Below, piece after piece: positions 29,413 to 44,726 of a stretch of DNA of 64,000 bases. The notes beneath the pieces are model-generated. The model made no database searches. It saw only the letters and a program-made list of their open reading frames with translations, and was not told where the DNA came from. This DNA comes from Eledone cirrhosa (taxonomy: Eukaryota): positions 17,670,001-17,734,000 of the forward strand of contig OZ024751.1 of NCBI GenBank assembly GCA_964016885.1, given 5' to 3'. The position numbers were made by a program, and so were the translations under genes. Numbering within the stretch: position 1 is the stretch's first letter; each line of letters starts with the position of its first letter.

Positions 29413-29705
29413 AGTTAGTGATGGTGGTGGTGGTGGTGGTAGGGCTATTAGTAGTGATGATGATGGTGGTGGTGGTGGTGGTTGGGGGGGGCTACTAATA
29501 GTGATGGTGATGATGGTGGGGGGGAGTTGCTAGTAGTGGTGGTTGTGGTAGTGGTTGTGGTAGTGGTGGTGGTGGTGGTGGTGGTGTTGGTGGGGTTGCT
29601 AGTAGTGGTGGTGGTGCTGGTGGTGGCGGGGGAGGGTTGCTAGTACTGATGAAAATGGTGATGGTGGTGGGGCTGCTAGTAGTGATGATGATGGTGATGT
29701 TGTTG

Positions 29706-29737
<32 letters not shown>

Positions 29738-31300
29738 GAGGAGTTGTTGTGATGATTATGGCTGTGGTGGTGGTTGTGTTATAGTGTCGCTGCTGCTGAT
29801 GATGATGATGATGATGATGATGGTGATGATGGTGATGATGGTGATGATGATGATGACGATGGTTGTGGTGTTGGTGGGTGGCGTTGGTGATGGCGATGCT
29901 GCTTGTTATTGTGGTGACGATAATGATGATAGTGCTAGCGTTTATGATGATGATGACGATGATGATGGTAATGATGATGGTTGGTGGTGTTGGTGGTGAT
30001 GGTGACGGTGGTGATGATGATGATAACGATGGCGATGACGGCGATCAGTTTACTGATGATCATGATGATGATTCTAGCGTAGACGATAACAACGAAGGTG
30101 ATGACGAGAACGACGGCGGCGGCGGCGGCGATAAGCCAGCCTGTCACGGTTGAGTGGCCAGCCACTTGATCAATGCCATACGAACAGCTAGTCAGCTGTG
30201 AACGGGTAATGGTTCTCACGTATTGGGAGTCAGTCAGCCGTGAAGGGGGATGTGATTTATAGAACAACAGCAGCCGTAAACAACAACAGCAACAACAGCA
30301 GCAAACTAAACATCAACAGTAGCAGCGGCAGCAACATAAACAACAACAGCAGCAGCAACATAAACGACAACAGCAATATAAACAACAACAGCAACAACAG
30401 CAGCAAACTAAACCACAACAGTAGCAGCAGCAGCAACATAAACAACAACAGCAGCAGCAACATAAACGACAACAGCAATATAAACAACAACAGCAACAAC
30501 ATAAACAACAACAGCAACAACTGCAACAGCAGCAGCAACAGCAACAACAGCAGAAATATAAACAACAACAGCAGCAACAACATAAACAACTACAGCAACA
30601 ACAGCAACAGCAGCAACAACAACAACAGCAACAGCTATAGCAACGACAGCAGCAACATAAACAGCAACAGCAACAGCAGCAGAAACATAGACAACAACAG
30701 CAACAGCAGCAGAAACATAGACAACAACAGCAACAGCAGCAGCAACATAAACGACAACAGCAACAACAGCACAACAGCAGCAATATAAACAACAACAGCA
30801 GCAACAACATAAACAACAACAGCAGCAACAACATAAACAACAACAGCAACAACAGCAACAACAACAACAGCAACAGCAGCAGAAACATAGACAACAACAG
30901 CAACAGCAGCAGCAACATAAACAACAACAGCAACAGTAACAGCAACATAAACGACAACAGCAACAACAGCAAAACAGCAACAACATAAACAACAACAGCA
31001 ACAACTGCAACAGCAGCAGCAACAGCAACAGCAGCAGCAATATAAACAACAACAGCAGCAACAACATAAACAACAACAGCAACAACAGCAACAACAACAA
31101 CAACAACAACAGCTATAGCAACGACAGCAGCAACATAAACAACAACAGCACAATAGACAACAACAACAACAACGATAGAAACAACAACGACAGCAACAAT
31201 AACGACAATAACATAAACAATTACAACAACAGCAGCAACAACAGCAACACAACAGCAACAACAACAGCAACAATAACGACAACAACAACAGTAGTAACAA
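27405..31300. repeat. Cryptic trinucleotide satellites: (AAC/AAT)n 27405-29120, (GGT/GAT)n 29195-30130, (AAC/AGC)n 30260-31300
   Basis: Low-complexity sequence with higher-order duplication (aaatccaacaa recurs about 214 bp apart). Confidence 0.9.
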
Positions 31301-31459
31301 TGTAACACACAAAAGATCTATTAACGTGAGACTGTGGGAACAATTGTATGTATGTATGTATGTATGTATGTATGTATGTATGTATGTATGTATGTATGTA
31401 TGTATGTATGTGCATATATGTGCATATATATATATATGCACATATATACATACAGACAA

Positions 31460-31520
<61 letters not shown>

Positions 31521-31617
31521 TAAACACGCCCACACATGCAAATCCATATATATATGTGTGTGTATGTATGCATCCTTTCATAATAGGTGTCTGTGTATGT
31601 AATCGCGTCTGTATATA

Positions 31618-31931
<314 letters not shown>

Positions 31932-31979
31932 CATACTAACATATGTGTGTGTATATGTGTAAATATATATACTAACATA

Positions 31980-32031
<52 letters not shown>

Positions 32032-32051
32032 CTAACATATGTGTGTATATG

Positions 32052-32088
<37 letters not shown>

Positions 32089-32507
32089 GGGAGAAGAGGG
32101 ACGGTGGAAGAGAGACGGGAGAAAGAAAAGATTAGAGGGAAAGAGAGAAAGAGATAGATAGAAGATCTGTAGTATATACCAGCATAAATACAGTCCTGTG
32201 TAGTGCGTTGTCGTTAATATACAGGTACATGCCCCACCCTCCTCAGACAACCCACTCCCTACATACATATAATACGTCATCCATATAAACATATAAATCT
32301 ATACCGCCATGAAGTCGGCACAAGAATCGATTGAGTCAGGAGGTGTGAAAATTGTTGTGATTTCAGATCGATCACTGTACAATGTCTCACGGTTTATGAT
32401 GTAAATATGTAAAATAGATGGGTTTCCGTCGGTTTTCACGATGCTTACTTCTTCCAGTTGTTTTATTAAATGATGTACCAGCTGGTTGAATTAAATTGTA
32501 GTTGTTG

Positions 32508-32925
32508 AGGGTGGTGGATTGGCAGTATCGGTATAGGGTCGGACGCCATGCTTTGCAACATAGAGTTACGGCCCTGTATGAACTGAGCTCAAATCCCGCC
32601 GAGGTTAACTTTGCCTTTCATCCTTACGGGGTCGATAAAATGAAATACCAGTAATGTACTGGGTAAATGCTGGCCTTGTGCCAGCAGTAGAAACAATTAT
32701 TATAGGCTGTGGATGGTCAGCATCAGTAGAGTGTCGGAAAACATGCATCGTGGTATATAGTTATGGCCCTTTACGTTCTGATTTCAATTCGCGCCGAAGT
32801 TAACTTTGCCGTTAATTTCTACTGGATCGATAACATAAAGTACCAGTCACGCACTGGAGTCGGTTTAATCGACTTTCCCTCTCCCCCAAAATTGCTGGCC
32901 TTGTGCCTATATAAGAAACCATTAT
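32508..32925 (+). mobile_element. Two tandem SINE family A copies
   Basis: Same two-subtype arrangement as 12263-12710. Confidence 0.85.
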
Positions 32926-34121
32926 ATTGTAGTTGTTGTGTATTTCACATATATGTTAGGATTATATATGTCTCATGCCCCGTGACTCATCAGGCTGGAG
33001 CGTATCTTTGTGTTATGGATGTGAAGCCACTGACAGTACAAAACTCCCGCCCATCATTCTGGACAGGATGTTATTTTATTGCAGGATTCTACCCCTCCTT
33101 CATCCTGGCTATTGAAGCTAGAATTCATTTATTTCAGTTGAACCGGAGCAAAACTAAAATGTAATATCTTGCTCTAAAACTCATGCCTTCCCACCTGGGA
33201 ATCAAAACTTCATCCATGTGATTATAAGTTGGCAAACCCCTAACACCTGTAACCCAAGAATTAACTTCTCTGCCCAAATCCTTGCACCAATGGTGGAATT
33301 CCAGTGTCGCATAAAGCCACACATTAGTTGGGGTACGTTTCATTCAGGTCAATGAAACGAGTGTATAAATGCAAAACTTTCTGATGAGGTAACTTAGTTA
33401 TTTCTCACTTGTAAGTAACCCCAATGTTTCATTACCAACAGTAAAATACTAATCACTCACGAGTCGATCTTGTAGACCAGGGCCCCCTAAAATGGTCGAT
33501 CTCAACCTTGAGGAATCGATGGGACCATCCATGGGATCGATTGCACATTTAAGTCCACACCTGATATTCGAGAAAGAAAGAAAAATACATAATTTAATTA
33601 CAAAGTAAGTGTTTGTTCTGAAGACAGCGAGCCAAGTTTGAAATTTTATGATAATATACATCCTTTTCCATTTAGTGGATTTTAAACCCCACTATCAGGC
33701 TAATTTCTTTAGTCAAAATACGGCGAAAACTTCTATTTCTACTAAATTACATAATATAATTGTTTCTAAGATTGGTACAAGACTAGCAATTTGTAGGTAG
33801 GTAAAAGTCGATTATAACGACCTCAGTACTTAACTGGTACTTTATTTCATCCATCACAAAAGGATGAAAGGCAAAGCTGACCTTGGCAGTATTTAATCTC
33901 ATAATTTTGAGGACGATAAAATGAAGAACCAGTGTGATAGAGACAGGGGAGGTAATAAATGAGACACATGATTGTATATATAAAATAAACAGATGGTAGA
34001 ATTATAACTAGGAATTGGCATAAGAGTGCATGTTTGCAGTGTGCTGCATTGTCACCAATTGTGCTCCAACTAAACCATGCATGATAAATGTCGACACACA
34101 TGCACATGTGTGTGCATTGCA

Positions 34122-34170
<49 letters not shown>

Positions 34171-35610
34171 GAGAGAGAGCAGAAACACACGAACACACAA
34201 ATATATATATATATATGCATATATATATACAAATACATGTATACATCATCATACGCACGTACAAACATACAGACATACGTACGTACAAGTATATACAACG
34301 ACATGCAAGAATACTTCAACACACACTCACTGAAACACACATTCACTGAAACACACACACACACACACATACACACATGCACACATACACACTCACTGAC
34401 ATACACACTCACTGACACACACACACACACACACTGACACATACACACACCCTCACTGACACACACACACTCTCACACACAGAGACTCACTCACACACAC
34501 ACACACTCATACACACACACACACATACACACATACACAAACACACACACACAGCTCTCTTTAACTTAAACAACAATATATCCTGGTCTCTAACAAGCAC
34601 GTCACGTGTCTTTAGTCACGATATTCACGAGAAGAAATCCCATTCGTTAAGAGTCGCTGTCATCTAAGTCACGTGTGTGCTTTCAAAATTCTGTTTACGA
34701 TTGCGTGTAAGAATAAGTGTAGTGTAATATTTGTGTGTATGCGTGTGTGAATGTGTGTGTGTATGCGTGTGCTGCACATGTGTTATTACTGTGTGTGTGT
34801 GTGTATGCGTGTGTGAATGTGTGTGTGTATGTGTATGTGTGAATATGTGTGTGAATGTGTGTGTGTATGCGTGTGCTGTACATTTGTTATTACTGTGTGT
34901 GTGTGTATGTGTGTGTGAATGTGTGTGTGTATGTGTGTGTGTGAATGTGTGTGTGTATGCGTGACTGAATGTGTATGCGTATGTGTATGTGTGAATGTGT
35001 GTGTGTGTGTGCGTATGCGTGAGTGAATGTGTGTGTGTATGTGTGTGTGTGAATGTGTGTGTGTGTATGCGTGTGCTGTACATTTGTTACTACTGTGCAT
35101 GTGTGTGTATGTATATGTGAATGTGTGTGAGTGTGTGAATGTGTGTGTGTATGCGTGTGCTGTACATATGTTACTAATGTGTGCGTATTTGTGTATGCGT
35201 GTGTCAGTGTGTGTGTATATGTGTGTGTGAATGTGTATGTATATGTGTGTGTGAATGTATGTGTATATGTGCGTGTGTATAGTGTTTGAGTGTGTGTGTG
35301 TGTTTTGATGTACGCAGCTAATTTGTTTGCATATGTATGTTTTGTAACCATGTGTGTGTGTGTGTGCGTGGTGTGTCCGTGAGTGTGTGTGGGTGTGCAT
35401 GTGTGTGAGTGTGTGCGTGAGTGTGTGTGTATGTGAGTGTGTGTGTGAGTGTGTGTGTTTGTAGCGTGTGCGTGCGTGTGTGTGTGCGTGTGCGTGTGTG
35501 TGAGTGTGTGTGTATGTATGTGAGTGTGTGTGTGAGTATCTCTATGTGTGTGTGTGTCTGTGAGTGTGTGAGTGTGCGTGTGTGCGTGTGTGTGTGTGTT
35601 AACCACGCGC

Positions 35611-35665
<55 letters not shown>

Positions 35666-36160
35666 GTGTGTGTGTGTGTGCGTTAACCACGTGTGTGTAT
35701 GTAATACACTTATGTCAATGAGTACTGAGTGTCTGTTTGTCTGTGTATATGATATACTTGTGTTCGCGTCTCCGAATTTTATAATGAAAATATATAGAGT
35801 ACATATATTAGGTTGTATGTGTTTAGAGTATGTATTGAATGTATACTTGGTGCACAAGATTATGGCGTAATGTGTGTATATGTATATATATATATAATAT
35901 AAAAATGGCGTATGCACTACAATACAACATAATAGTACCACTGATGATGTCACATATGTGTGACGAAAGAACTTTGATAGACTATATATATATAGATCTG
36001 TATTTTTAACCGTTGGTCAATCAATGATAAACATTGATTGACAGATAAATTAACTATGGAGATATAAAGGATACAGAAGCGAAAACCAACCCAAAACAAA
36101 CAGTGTGTGTTCTGTTATTATTTCTGGCAATATTATAACAATATGACCCTTCCTAAATAT

Positions 36161-36452
<292 letters not shown>

Positions 36453-36473
36453 ATATATATATATATATATATA

Positions 36474-36754
36474 GGGCGGGTAAAATACCCGAGATCCATG
36501 GACGAGTTCTCTCCAGTGGTCTCTGTCCCTCATTATCGCTGCCATGTCCCGCGTCTCAAAGAGACCAGTGTCTGTCTTTAGGGCATCAACATACGTTAAC
36601 CTTGGTCTTCCTCTTCCAGTGTGACGATGTAGGGGCTCGCACACGAGCACTGAGTGCAATGTCAACTCTGGATGTCGGTGAGCATGTCCACCTAACCTCA
36701 GTTTCCTCTGTGTCACTTTTGAACTGACTTTTGGGAGACTCCCGTACAGCTCTG

Positions 36755-36757
<3 letters not shown>
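36474..36757 (-). mobile_element. RTE LINE 3' fragment in (TA)n
   Basis: RKLRLGGHAHRH...GRGRPRLTYVDALKTDTG..MRDRDHWR; shorter copy at 58557-58709. Confidence 0.85.
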
Positions 36758-36822
<65 letters not shown>

Positions 36823-36967
36823 GAGGGAGAGAGAGATAGTAAGAATAACTGTAGTTTTTATTGTTTTTATCGAACACTTCAAAGATGAAATGCAAAATTG
36901 AGTTGGATTGGATTCGAACTGAAAATGGAAAAATATGGCGGCTGGGACCTCTGTCGATTTATACAAT

Positions 36968-37240
36968 AATTGTTTCTACTTTAGGCACAAGTGCATTACT
37001 GGTACTTTATTTTATCGACCCCGTAAGGATGAAAGGCAAAGTCAACCTCGGCGGGATTTGAACTCAGATCATAAAGGGACGTAACTATGCTGGAAAGCAT
37101 GGCGTCCGACCCTCTACCGATACTGCCAAATGGCTGCTTGTAACAAAATAATTGTTTCTACTATTGGCACAAGGCCACCAATTATCCCATTACACTACTG
37201 GTACTTTATTTTATCAACCCCGTAAGGATGAAAGGCAAAC
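36968..37240 (-). mobile_element. Two SINE family A copies
   Basis: Reverse complement of core and head. Confidence 0.85.
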
Positions 37241-37894
37241 AAAATAATGATGGTGAAAGATAAACTAAGAAAGAAAGAAAGAAAGAAAGAAAGACAGAAA
37301 GAAAGAAAGAAAGAAAGACAGAAAGAAAGAAAGAAAGAAAGAAAGAAAGGAAGAAAGAAAGAAGAAGAAGAAGAAGAAGAAGAAGAAGAAGAAGAAGAAG
37401 AAGAAGAAGAAGAAGAACAAGAGGATAAGGGAGAGGAGGGGGAGAAGAGTAGGGGGCATAGAAAGACGATGGAAAGTTGATGATGGAGAGAAGGGATTGG
37501 GGAGAGTGTTTTCCAGATCAGAACAAATTGCGATTAAAGGGCGCCATATTGCTCGAAATAAAGTGTCATGGCGCGTGCTATGGCATCGGATGCTGCAACA
37601 CCACGTGACCTCACTATCTCAGAAACGCTGATGATAGTGTTGGTGGTGGTGTTGGCGGGGATGGTGGTGTGTTAGATGTGGAATGAAGAGAGGGTACAGA
37701 AAGTAGGGAATTTCGAACGTAGAGGAGCGAGGGGTGAGATGTAGGCGGGATGAAAAGAAGGAGAAGAAAGAGATGATGAAGAAGGGCGGAGTAGGTGCGA
37801 GGGTAGGTGGCGAACGTGTTACGTGCGTTACAAGTCGCCAGATGGGAATATTTGCGCTGGCTTTAGCAGACTTTAACATAGAACCACCGTTGTG

Positions 37895-38720
37895 TCACCA
37901 CTTCCAACACCACCACCACCACCATCACCACCACCAGCACTTCCAACACCACCAACATCACCACCACCATCACCACCACCATCACCATAATCACCACCAC
38001 CAGCACTTCCAACACCACCACCACCACCACCACCACCATCACCACCACCAGCACTTCCAACACCACCAACATCACCACCACCATCACCACCACCATCACC
38101 ATAATCACCACCTCCAGCACTTCCAACACCACCACCATCACCACCACCAGCACTTCCAACACCAACAACATCACCACCACCACAACCATCACCATAATCA
38201 CCACCACCAGCACTTCCAACACCACCAACATGCCCACCCTCATCACCCCCATCACCACCACTACCACTTCCAACACCACCAACATCCCCACAATTACCAC
38301 CCTCATCACCACCACCACCACTTCCAACACCACCAACATCCCCACCATCACCACCCCCACCACCACCACCACCACCACTTCCAACACCACCAACATCCCC
38401 ACCATCATCACCCCCATCACCACCACCACCACTTCCAACACCACCAACATCCCCACCATCACCACCCCCATCACCACCACCACCACTTCCAACACCACCA
38501 ACATCCCCACGCCCATCACCACCCCATCACCACCACCACTTCCAACACCACCAACATAGCCACCATCACCACTCCCATCACCACCACCACCACTTCCAAC
38601 GCCACCAACATCACCACCACTTCCATCACCACCACCACCACCACCACCACCATCACCAACACCATCTACTACTACTTCTACTACTACCACCAAAACCACT
38701 ACCGCTGCCATCACCATCAG
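37895..38720. repeat. (CAC)n cryptic satellite with CACTTCCAACACCACC unit
   Basis: Recurring unit; the poly-His ORF is a by-product. Confidence 0.85.
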
Positions 38721-38757
38721 AACAACAAACAAAATAGTAGGCATCCCACTCATATAT

Positions 38758-38797
<40 letters not shown>

Positions 38798-38803
<6 letters not shown>

Positions 38804-39592
38804 AAAAAAAAAGGAAAAGAATGACTTCACTTGTAGTGTTAAACAAATTTTTATGATTTAATGTTATAATATAATTATTTCTACTTTTGGCACAAGGCCA
38901 GCAATTACCCAGTACATTACTGGTACTTTATTTTATCGACGCCCGTTAGGATGAAAGGCAAAGTTAACCTCGACGGGATTTAAACTCAGACCGTAAAGGG
39001 ACGTAACTATACAGGAAAGCAGGGTGTCCGACCATCTACCGATACTGCCAAATATAATTGTCTCTACTTTAGGCACAAGGCCAGCAATTATTCAGTACAT
39101 TACTGGTACTTTAGTTTATCGACCCCGTAAGGATGAAAGGCAAAGTCAACCTCGACGGGATTTGAACTCAGACCGTAAAGGGACGTAACTATACAGGAAA
39201 GCATGGTGTCCGACCCTCTACTGATACTGCCAATCCACAATATAATATAATATTATGAGTTTGTAGTTAACAAAGAACTGACTGGATCTACCAACTCCGT
39301 CGATTGGAAGTATCGTTAGAGGGACGGGCGCCATGTTTTGTAGCATAGAGTTACCACACTTTATTATCTGAGTTCAAATCCCACCGAGGTTAACTTTGCC
39401 TTTCATCCTTATGGGGTCGATAAAATAAAGTACCAGTAATGCACTCGAATAATTGCTGGCCTTGTGCCAAAAGTAGAAATAATTATATTATAACATTAAA
39501 TCATAAAAGATTTTTTAACACTAAAAGTGAAGTCATTCTTTTCGTTTTTTCAAATATACCTAGCTGTACTAAGGATCTCACACATTTCCCAA
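38798..39592. mobile_element. Inverted-arm element whose arms include SINE family A copies; tail 39559-39592
   Basis: Unique 38798-38875 is the reverse complement of 39484-39558, and the match continues through the adjacent SINEs; an extra SINE lies at 39055-39237. Confidence 0.7.
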
Positions 39593-39613
39593 TATATATA
39601 TATATATATATAT

Positions 39614-39800
39614 AAGTTTATCCCGGGTTCAATCGGGGGTAACCACAGTAAGTAAAGTACTCAATACATTACAGAGTATAAATATTTAATATAGAAAGGC
39701 TTCTACGGGACTAGAACTGTTTCATTCGGGAGAAATCATCAGGATTCCTGATCATTTCTATCGGAATGAAACAGTTCTAGTAGAAGCCAGTTTGTATATT
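39614..39800. mobile_element. Small inverted-arm hammerhead element (family H)
   Basis: Minus arm CTGATGA-tttctcccgaat-GAAA-CAGTTCTAGTC; plus arm mutated (CTGATCA); fragments at about 41851 and 59775-59822. Confidence 0.7.
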
Positions 39801-39850
39801 GTATATATTATATATATAAATATATAAATATATATATATTATAAATATAT

Positions 39851-39931
<81 letters not shown>

Positions 39932-39997
39932 TATAAATATATATATCAATATATATATATATATATATAAATATATAAATATATATATAAATATATA

Positions 39998-40293
39998 TGG
40001 AAAGTTATATTTAAATTGTTGGGTTACAACTAGTAAATATTTATAACTGATATAAAAGCACTCGACAAGTATTTGGAGTATATTTACGTATATTTGGAGT
40101 ATATTTGACTGCCAAATCAACTTTTCAAATACAAGTCGATGTTGAACGGTATGTCAAATCTATTTATCTATAAAACTGTCTATATTGTATTTTGTCTGAG
40201 GAAGGCATAGCATATTGTTAATATGATATCCCTGAAATATATATAATGAAATAAATATGGTTTTATAAATATAGTTTCCATTTATTTAATATC
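39998..40293. mobile_element. Hammerhead element, same family as 53817-54286 (inverted tail plus one arm)
   Basis: High similarity to 53817-53903 and 54104-54286. Confidence 0.85.
40189..40252 (+). ncRNA. Minimal type-I hammerhead ribozyme
   Basis: ATTTTGT-CTGAGGA-AGGCATAGCATATT-gtt-AATATGATATCCCT-GAAA-TATATATA|ATGAAAT. Confidence 0.8.
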
Positions 40294-40303
40294 GTATATA
40301 AAT

Positions 40304-40354
<51 letters not shown>

Positions 40355-40377
40355 AATATATAAATATATATAAATAT

Positions 40378-40464
<87 letters not shown>

Positions 40465-40754
40465 AACAAATAACGAAACGAAATTAAATTTCGTTTCGTT
40501 TGTAACTCACTTTTGTATGACTGACGCTTAAACAATTAAGTTAAAAATGTACATCCACATATGTATACTGAAATACTAGTATGCATATGAATACACACAC
40601 GTATACATATGTAGTTGTACCGAGTTTTTCACTGGTCACTTTACTGTGAGTGTCCAGCTATTCTGTATGTAAACACACAGACAAACCGGTTTTTAGAGTC
40701 ATACTGGTTTTTGAGGAAACACCTTTCCTCTATTCTCCAGAAAGCCAGGCAAGG

Positions 40755-40799
40755 AATATTGAACTAGTTTCGATGTTGTTACATCTCATCAGCAATATT
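40755..40799 (-). ncRNA. Minimal type-I hammerhead ribozyme
   Basis: AATATTG-CTGATGA-GATGT-aaca-ACATC-GAAA-CTAGTT|CAATATT. Confidence 0.9.
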
Positions 40800-41234
40800 T
40801 ACCTATCTTCCGGCCTCTCTAGAGAATCGTAAAAGCACATATCGTTATATGCTTTTTCTATGAAAATTAGTAGTGGGCAGACCAATTTGCATAGAGCGTG
40901 AGTACGTACCGGTTCAACGGAGACGATAAAAACAAATAACGAAACGAAATTAAATTTCGTTTCGTTTGTAACTCACTTTTGTATGACTGACGCTTAAACA
41001 ATTAAGTTAAAAATGTACATCCACATATGTATACTGAAATACTAGTATGCATATGAATACACACACGTATACATATGTAGATGTACCGAGTTTTTCACTG
41101 GTCACTTTACTGTGAGTGTCCAGCTATTCTGTATGTAAACACACAGACAAACCGGTTTTTAGAGTCATACTGGTTTTTGAGGAAAGAAGATAGGTAGATA
41201 TAGGAAGATAGATAGAGAGGCCGGAAGATAGGTA

Positions 41235-41279
41235 AATATTGCTGATGAGATGTAACAACATCGAAACTAGTTCAATATT
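41235..41279 (+). ncRNA. Minimal type-I hammerhead ribozyme
   Basis: Identical to the 40755-40799 motif; 7-bp stem I, 5-bp stem II, palindromic AACTAGTT stem III. Confidence 0.9.
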
Positions 41280-41523
41280 CCTTGCCTGGCTTTCTGGAGA
41301 ATAGAGGAAAGGTGTTTCCTCAAAAACCAGTATGACTCTAAAAACCGGTTTGTCTGTGTGTTTACATACATAATAGCTGGACACTCACAGTAAAGTGACC
41401 AGTGAAAAACTCGGTACATCTACATATGTATACGTGTGTGTATTCATATGCATACTAGTATTTCAGTATACATATGTGGATGTACATTTTTAACTTAATT
41501 GTATATATAAATATATATATATT

Positions 41524-41558
<35 letters not shown>

Positions 41559-41564
<6 letters not shown>

Positions 41565-41751
41565 GAACCAGTAAGACCCCGACAGCTGAGCTCAAGCCGT
41601 TTCGACGGCTAATTCAGAGAATTAGCCGTCGAAACGGCTTGAGCTCAGCTGTCGGGGTCTTACTGGTTCCTATTATCCACTCTACTACCTCAAGTATTGA
41701 GTACTTTGGTGCGTTATGGTCCACCTGGTTCCTTACCACATTTCCTTCGTT
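41559..41751 (+). mobile_element. Family G inverted-arm element in (TA)n
   Basis: Nearly identical to 36258-36452 with a different turnaround point. Confidence 0.85.
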
Positions 41752-41774
41752 ATATATATAAATATATATATATT

Positions 41775-41853
<79 letters not shown>

Positions 41854-41874
41854 CTGTAGAAGCCATTTCTATAT

Positions 41875-41914
<40 letters not shown>

Positions 41915-43050
41915 GTAACCTCACTACCACCACCAAAAACAACCTACACCACTGTTAACAACACTATCAATATTAACACCACTACCACAACCACTGACAC
42001 TGACACCACCACAACCACCACTACCGCTACCAACACCACCACTACCACCACCACCACCACCACCAGCACTACTACTACTATCACCACCACTTTTAACAAC
42101 ACTATCAATACTAACACTAACACCACCACCACCACCTTCGCTATCACCACTAACACTAACAACACTATCAATACTAACAACATTACCACCACCACCACCA
42201 CTGCCCCCCCCCCCCCCCCCAACCACTACCACCACCATCGCCACCACAAACACTACCACTACCACAAACACCACCACCACCAGCACTACAACCCCCACCA
42301 CCAACAAAACCACCACCACCATCGCTATCACCACTACCGCTAGCAACACTTTCCATATAAACACCACTACAACCACCAACACTGCCCTGCCCCCCCACCA
42401 CCACCACCACCACCAGCAACACCACCACTACCACCAACACCACCACCACCACCACCACCAACACCACCACTACCACCACCACCAACACCACCACCAACAC
42501 CACCACCAGCAACACCACCACTACCACCACCAACACCACCACCACCAACACCACCACCAGCAACACCACCACTACCACCACCAACACCACCACCAACACC
42601 ACCACCACCACCAGCAACACCACCACTACCACCACCAACACCACCACCACCACCAACACCACCACCAGCAACACCACCACTACCACCAACACCACCACCA
42701 CCACCACCGACACCACCACTACCACCACCACCAACACCACCACCTACACCACCACCAGCAACACCACCACTACCACCACCAACACCACCACCAACACCAC
42801 CACCACCACCAGCAACACCACCACTACCACCACCAACACCACCACCACCACCACCAACACCACCACCAGCAACACCACCACTAATCACCACCAATACCAC
42901 CACCACCACTACCACCACCAACACCACCACCACCACCAACACCACCACCAGCAACACCACCACTACCACCACCAACACCACCACCACCACCACTACCACC
43001 ACCAATACCACCACCACCACCACCACCGCCACCAACACCACCATCACCAC
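41915..43050. repeat. (ACC)n cryptic satellite
   Basis: Low complexity; a comparable (GGT)n block lies at 47160-48150. Confidence 0.9.
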
Positions 43051-43219
43051 AAAATGTCCACATATTCCAGCGTGAAAGACAAACCTAATATAAGAACAGT
43101 CCGTTGGGGGTACTAACTTTGAGCAATCGCAAAAGTCACAAGGTGAAAAACGGGTGCATTTCCATCTCCACCCACCCTGATCGCTCCCTTTCACATATGT
43201 ACACATAGACACACAGATA

Positions 43220-43254
<35 letters not shown>

Positions 43255-43328
43255 GACGACACCACAAAAAAAATTGTTAGAACGCATTGTCAGTTCTCTC
43301 CCCCTCTACTTCTTATACATAAAACGTT

Positions 43329-43386
<58 letters not shown>

Positions 43387-43642
43387 GTATATTCATATAT
43401 ATATATATATATGTATAAATATATATATATACATGTATGTATGTATGTATACATGTATGTATATATGTATGTGTGCATGCTTGTATGTTTGTGTATATAT
43501 GTATGCATGAGTATATATGCATATGTATGTATACATGTATGAATGTATATATGTATATGTGCAAGCATGTATGTTTGCGTATATATGTATATATGAGTAT
43601 ATATATATATAAAGAGAGGGAGAGAGAGAAAGATAGATAGAT

Positions 43643-43712
<70 letters not shown>

Positions 43713-43821
43713 ACAGTATATATATATATATATACTGTATACATGGATCTCTTCATATCTCATTTATGTCTATCATTTGTCTTTCTGTCTTTCTGTCATA
43801 TTATCTATCTATCTATCTATA

Positions 43822-43876
<55 letters not shown>

Positions 43877-44387
43877 CAATGTATCTATCTATATAGCTAT
43901 GTATGTATCTGTCTGCCTGTCTATCTATCTGACTATCAGTCTAATTGCTTGCATATCCAAGTCTCTACTGACAATGTTAAACGTTCGTTGTTTGTACAAA
44001 GACTTATTTGTTTGTGTGCGGTTTGTTTCGTTTGCTTTTGTGCGCATGTGCTGCATTTGTGCGTGTGACTTTGTACGTTTTATGCATTTATGTGTGTATG
44101 CGTATGTGTAATACAAAGTGTGTGTATGTGGTTGCATGAATAAGTGCTTGCATGCAAAGGAACGGTTGCATTTGCGTGCATGAGACGAATCGGTTGAGAA
44201 TAAATTCGAATCAATATCGTTTTTATTTTGTGTTCATTTAAAGACCACAAAGGTATGAATGTGGCGAATATTACTTTCATAGAATATATACACGAACACA
44301 TCGTACCCCCCACACCCCACCCCAACACACACAGACACACAAAAGTGCACAGTCTGAACGTATATGCATATATATATATATACATGT

Positions 44388-44506
<119 letters not shown>

Positions 44507-44528
44507 CATGTATATATATATATACATG

Positions 44529-44595
<67 letters not shown>

Positions 44596-44662
44596 TCTTT
44601 TTTAAATAATACATTTAATCATATGCCTATGCATAAATATATATGTATATATATATATATAT

Positions 44663-44726
<64 letters not shown>

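Larger units (their letters stand above)
40460..41502. mobile_element. Hammerhead element with direct partial tandem (466-bp period) plus inverted segment
   Basis: 40461.. is repeated at 40927-41185; ~41214-41502 is the reverse complement of ~40533-40822; both ends lie in (TA)n. Confidence 0.85.

Noticed and set aside
27685-31308. Long poly-N/T/L/V/C ORFs (up to 487 aa)
   Set aside because: Open in several frames on both strands because of trinucleotide repeats; no domain or splice evidence.
37734-38846. His-rich / Gly-Val-rich ORFs resembling cephalopod structural proteins
   Set aside because: Cryptic (CAC)n satellite open on both strands, with no signal peptide or unique domain; cannot be supported without RNA data.
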